Origin: Leucoraja ocellata | Lineage: Eukaryota | Direction of reading: 5' to 3' | Assembly: GCA_036785375.1 (NCBI GenBank) | Contig: JAWMAR010000136.1 | Location: 1,550,001-1,614,000, forward strand | DNA: 64,000 nucleotides | Shown: piece by piece, positions 59,602 through 64,000 of the stretch | Position numbering within the stretch: position 1 is the first letter of the stretch | How the letters are laid out: every line of letters starts with the position of its first letter | Position numbers and translations under genes: made by a program | Notes under the pieces: generated by a model | Database searches by the model: none | What the model was told of the DNA's origin: nothing | Seen by the model: the letters and a program-made list of their open reading frames with translations, nothing else

Positions 59602-62600
59602 TTAAAAATAACTTGCACGCTGTATGCAAAGGATTTCTCTGATCATACATCTCACTCCAAATACTTCCCAAAATGTTATGACATTTTATCTGTAGTTGAG
59701 ATAAAATGATTAAAATTGAAAAATAGACAATTTGTAGGGGACTACTATTTTTTACTGTGGTCACCAAAGCTATACAAAAGGCACATCCAGCTGCATACCA
59801 CACAATGCTCCACACAAATGCTGCAGTTAACCACATTGTACAAATGTAGCTCCAAACCAAGCCAAGCATAAGAACTGCAAGCGTAAAGCCACTGTCCCTT
59901 CCAATCTTTGCACATTTCCTTTTTACTTTGTCTTCTTGTAACAGTTCATTGTACAAGCAAGCTGAAATGCATGTATGCAGGCTGCTATTATACCATCCAC
60001 TTTTTATTTCCTCTGTTCTTTGAAAAGAACAACTTAGAGCAGAGAACACTGGAACTTTTCAAATCCTGCCTTATTACACCATCTTTGAGATGGAAGAAAT
60101 TATGTATCAGTGGACCAATGTTAAATCCAATTTATTTGCTTCAGTGACTAACAGGAAAAGCCAAAATCTGAAATAGTAGGATTACTTTAATCATAACTTA
60201 AGATGTTTTAAAATTCAAATTATTCATTTTTTAATTGTTATATAATTTTCTAAGTAATTTTAAGTTTGGGACCAAAAGTCCGCGAGCATTGCCACTTTCA
60301 TTTCACTGCACATCTCGTATGTGTATGTGACAAATAAACTTGACTTGACTTGACTTGACTAAAAACCATGTGGGATTTTAATACTCAGCTATTTTTTAAT
60401 GTGATTTTCAATGAGTATCATCATTATTAGTGTAGAAATGAGCCTTGTTTTTTCAGTGCAAAATGGGTAATTGTAAACATAGAAAATAGGTGCAGGAGGA
60501 GGCCATTCGGCCCTTCGAGCCAGCACCGCCATTCATTGTGATCATGGCTGATCATCCCCTATCAATAACCCGTGCCTGCCTTCAACCCATAACCCCTTGA
60601 CTCCACTAGCCCCTAGAGCTCCATCTAACTCTCTCTTAAATCCATCCTGTGGCAGGGAATTCCATAAATTCACAACTCTCTGGGTGAAAATTGTTTTTTC
60701 ACCTCAGTCTTAAATGACCTCCCCTTTATTCTAAGACTGTGGCCCCTGGTTCTGGACTCGCCCAATATTGGGAACTTTTTTCCTGCATCTAGCTTGTCCA
60801 GTCCTTTTATAATTTTATATGTTTCTATAAGAACCCCTTCATCCTTCTAATCTCCAGTGAATACAAGCCTAGTCTTTTCAATCTGTCCTCATATGACAGT
60901 CCCGCCATCCCAGGGATCAATCTCGTGAACCTACTCTGCACTGCCTCAATCACAAGGATGTCCTTCCTCAAATTAGGAGACCAAAACTGTACACAATACT
61001 CCAGATGTGGTCTCACCAGAGCCCTATACAACTGATGCATGAGATCTTCCCCAAACCAACCAAGATAATTCTGGCCAATATTTAGTATATGTGTAGCTGA
61101 TACATTAGCTCCCATTTTTTTTGCCACTTCACTGCAATTGTCTATTTTTGCATTTAAATAGTGTCTGAATTGCTGATTTAAAACCTGTTGTGGCCATTCA
61201 CTAGCTGTTAGTCAATCTGCCCTATAAGCATACAACAAGCCATAAATGTGGAACAGAAAAGGCAATTGCCATATGAATACATGTTTTTACTAAATCTTAG
61301 TGTGGAGTTAGGAAACTCATCCATGAGGAATGCTGAGCAGAAAGATCAAGTCAAATCAAAGCAAATCAAATTCACATTTATTGTCACATGCACCAATTAA
61401 GGTACAGTGATATTTGAGTTACCATGCAGCTATACAATTAAAAGAACACAACACAATTAAAAGAACGATAAAACTTAACATAAACATCCACCACAGTGAT
61501 CACTGTGATGGAAGGCAATAGAGTTCAGTCAGTCTTCCTCCTTTTGTTCATCTGTGTATGGGGCCTTGACCCTCCATAGTCGCCGCTGCCGACGGTTCGA
61601 TCCATCTCTCCTTCCTAACCCCATTCTCCTGCCTTCTTCCAATAATTCCTGACACCTGTACTAATCAGGAATATATTTATTTTTGCCTTAAATATATCCA
61701 CTGACCAGGCCTCCATAGCCCTCTGTGAGAATAAATTCGACAAATTCATCATGTCCTTACAAATGAAATTCCTCCTCATCACCTTCCTAAAGGAACATCC
61801 TTTAATTCTGAGGCTATAACCTCTGGGCCTAGACTCTCCCACTAGTGGAAACATCATCTCCACATCCACTCTATCCAGGCTCGTTAAACTTGGAGCTATG
61901 AACAAAATTCCCAAAATACATATGCTAAATATTCTCTCTTGCACAGAGCTAAGAATGGATTAGCATCGATAGATTCCTTCCTACATCAAGGAGGATGTAT
62001 TTCAGACCCAATTTCCTCGAATCTTGGCCTGGTTTTGTAAAGCAGCATGTCATTTTTTCTGAAATCTGCATGTATAAATTTTCAGGTGTTGATATAGCTC
62101 CATAGTTGTGGTGAAATAATACTATACATTCATGTTGAAAAGGTCTGGGTGATGAGAAATATGGAGATGTAGTGGTCAGAACACATCACGCTTTGGTTAA
62201 CAAAGGCCTGTACATTGCACTAGAAATGCGTTCCGCAGTCTTGAGGTTTTTTTGGGTGATTCCAATGCACTCTTGAACAGGAAATGCATGGGGGATGGTG
62301 TACTTTAGCCTTAAGTGAAGCAATTGAAAAGAAATAGCAAAGCATTGACAATAAAGAAATGCCAGTGATAAGATTCACAGCAGGAAAAATATTCCAATGG
62401 CATTGATGGCATTCAAGCTTCAATTTTACATATTGGTTTATTAAGCTAAGATAAGCTGTCACGCAGCCTAATAGTGAGAATCATATACGACATGGAAAAG
62501 TCCAATCAAATCCAATCAATCCAATTAAATCAAATTGACTCCATATTATCCAGTCTCACTCTGCTGTCTCTTCTTTTTCAAAGCCACCATAAACTGTTAA

Positions 62601-62883
62601 CAGCAAACAGGGAATTAGATTTTTTTTTCAAAATTTACTCTCAGTGAGTTTCATTTCAAAACTTTCTTGCTGCTCCCCTTGTGAAATGTTATGTCACTCT
62701 CTCATTATTCAACTTTCCCTTTCATCCTTTTAACCTTTGCAAAGTTGACTAAATAAAAGGGCTTTTCCTTTCAAGTCTCTTCATGAATAATTCCACGTCT
62801 TGGTGGCTTTGTGGAGAGTTGATGCTGCACTTTTTCCAGAAATGAATTTCCTCTCCAAACTTCCTCCCTAACTTCAGTAGGTC
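59602..62883. repeat. copy 2 of the ~3-kb duplication
   Basis: colinear with 39648-42541; carries copy-specific insertions at about 60277-60360, 60474-61034 and 61348-61610. Confidence 0.92.
60474..61034 (-). mobile_element. CR1/HER1-type LINE 3' fragment specific to duplicate copy 2
   Basis: LYRALVRPHLEYCVQFWSP; absent at the matching site in copy 1 (about 40485). Confidence 0.88.
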
Positions 62884-64000
62884 TATCTATCATCTATATA
62901 TCATCTATATAATTAAAAGTGTCATCTTGACCACTGCCTGTCTGTGCTGTATATTGATTTTAGAAAAAAACGCTGTCATATATCGCTATGATTTTTGGCC
63001 ATCTTACTCACAGTCCTCCTCTGCTGAGCAGGTCCTGAGGATTTTTCCCATCAATGAAAAATGAAAAAGTTATGAGTGTTTAAAAAACCATGAGATACTC
63101 TCGCCTTTCAATCACCGCGATGAAGGTAATGCCCTTTCTGGGGGTGGGGGGGCAGGACTATAAAACCCCGGATGCCTGGACGTGACTCAGTCACTCTGCA
63201 AGATCGTGAGGGAGAGAGCATGACTCTCATTCTAAGCTGTGAGTCGGCATTTCTATTGCCATTGCCAACTGAACTGTGAGTCTGCATTGTACTTGCAATA
63301 AATGATTTGTTAGCCCTTAATGAAAATAAAATGAGTTGTTTGGCCTGCCTTGTGCTTGAAACTGCAATGGCAATGGAAGTGAAATGAAAATGCAATGAGT
63401 TGTTTGGCCTGCCCTGTGCTTAAACCTGCAATGGAAATGGAAATGAAATGAAAATGCAATGAGCTGTTTGGCCTGCCCTGTGCTTGAAACTGAAATGGAA
63501 ATGAAATGAAAATACAATGAGCTGTTTGCCCTGCTCTGTTCTTGAAATGGAAATAAAATGAAATGAGTTGTTTGGCCTGCTTGAAACCACTAATTTCAGT
63601 CCACAAGGCCCCTAATAGCCGAGTCACCAGCCGAGATATTCTCTCTCTCTCTCCCCCTCTCTCCCTCTCTCCCTCTCTCCCCCCCTCCCCCCCATGGATT
63701 GGTCTTTTCTCCTGTCACTCTCCGGGATGGTCCGCCACTTCCTGCGCCATCACGTCTTTACTGGAGCTGAGGATGGCCATCGGAGGTCTCCAAACGGACA
63801 ATTTTCGGACGGCCCGGAAGCGGACCGGCCCACCCCAGCCTGGCGCGGAGTCGGAGATGTCGCCAAATGGAGAGCAGGGACTCTGATCCTGGCGGAGGAG
63901 AACAACCATCAACTAGCACCCGCTGTGAATCCCCATCGCACCGCCAGCTCCCTTGCTGGCTCCTGTCCCCCTCACCCGTGATACCCCCTCTTCACCATGG
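62884..64000 (+). mobile_element. putative Helitron-like non-autonomous element, running off the window
   Basis: abruptly ends the duplication homology; 5' TCTATATAATTAAAAGTGTCATCTTG resembles the 58890 terminus; internal tandem repeats. Confidence 0.5.
63318..63588. repeat. ~60-bp tandem repeat, ~5 degenerate copies
   Basis: unit aatgaaatgaaaatgcaatgagttgtttggcctgccctgtgcttgaaactgcaatgg. Confidence 0.88.

Noticed and set aside
59225-60049. 274-aa hydrophobic minus-strand ORF (and its counterpart at 39757-40098)
   Set aside because: It spans the junction between the TDP2 fragment and the duplicated segment. The two copies differ by indels and stops, and I recognise no family. A decayed gene within the duplication cannot be excluded without TBLASTX.

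Overview
Eukaryotic, intron-rich, repeat-dense vertebrate DNA; there are no prokaryotic features. The repeat content (HE1-type SINEs, CR1/HER1-type LINE tails, Penelope-derived palindromic elements) suggests a cartilaginous fish, probably a skate or ray (inference). Two convergent genes can be assembled by hand from splice sites. (1) On the + strand, the last five coding exons (884-5963) of a cystathionine beta-synthase-like gene, whose regulatory Bateman domain has lost key SAM-site residues. (2) On the - strand, a complete, roughly 14-exon, ~530-aa immunoglobulin-superfamily receptor (51203 to 20224): leader with a GC-AG first intron, a cysteine-rich germline-joined VJ-type domain, a C1-like domain, a C2/I domain, a TM segment, and a long micro-exon-built tail with ITSM (TIYAVV) and ITIM (VSYADI) motifs. 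ETS and ISRE motifs lie upstream of its ATG. One of its introns holds a young, full-length Ty3/Gypsy LTR retrotransposon (28492-33244; LTRs differ at 1/229 nt, GCCCT TSD, open gag-pol). Other items: a ~3-kb duplication of the post-TM intron upstream of the gene (possible tandem paralog), an orphan TDP2 exon-1-like fragment, an L1 3' fragment with an apparent 3' transduction, nested hAT MITEs, Helitron-like elements, many minimal hammerhead-ribozyme motifs, and a 94-bp palindrome next to (AT)30. Exon boundaries were counted by hand; boundaries of old repeats are approximate.
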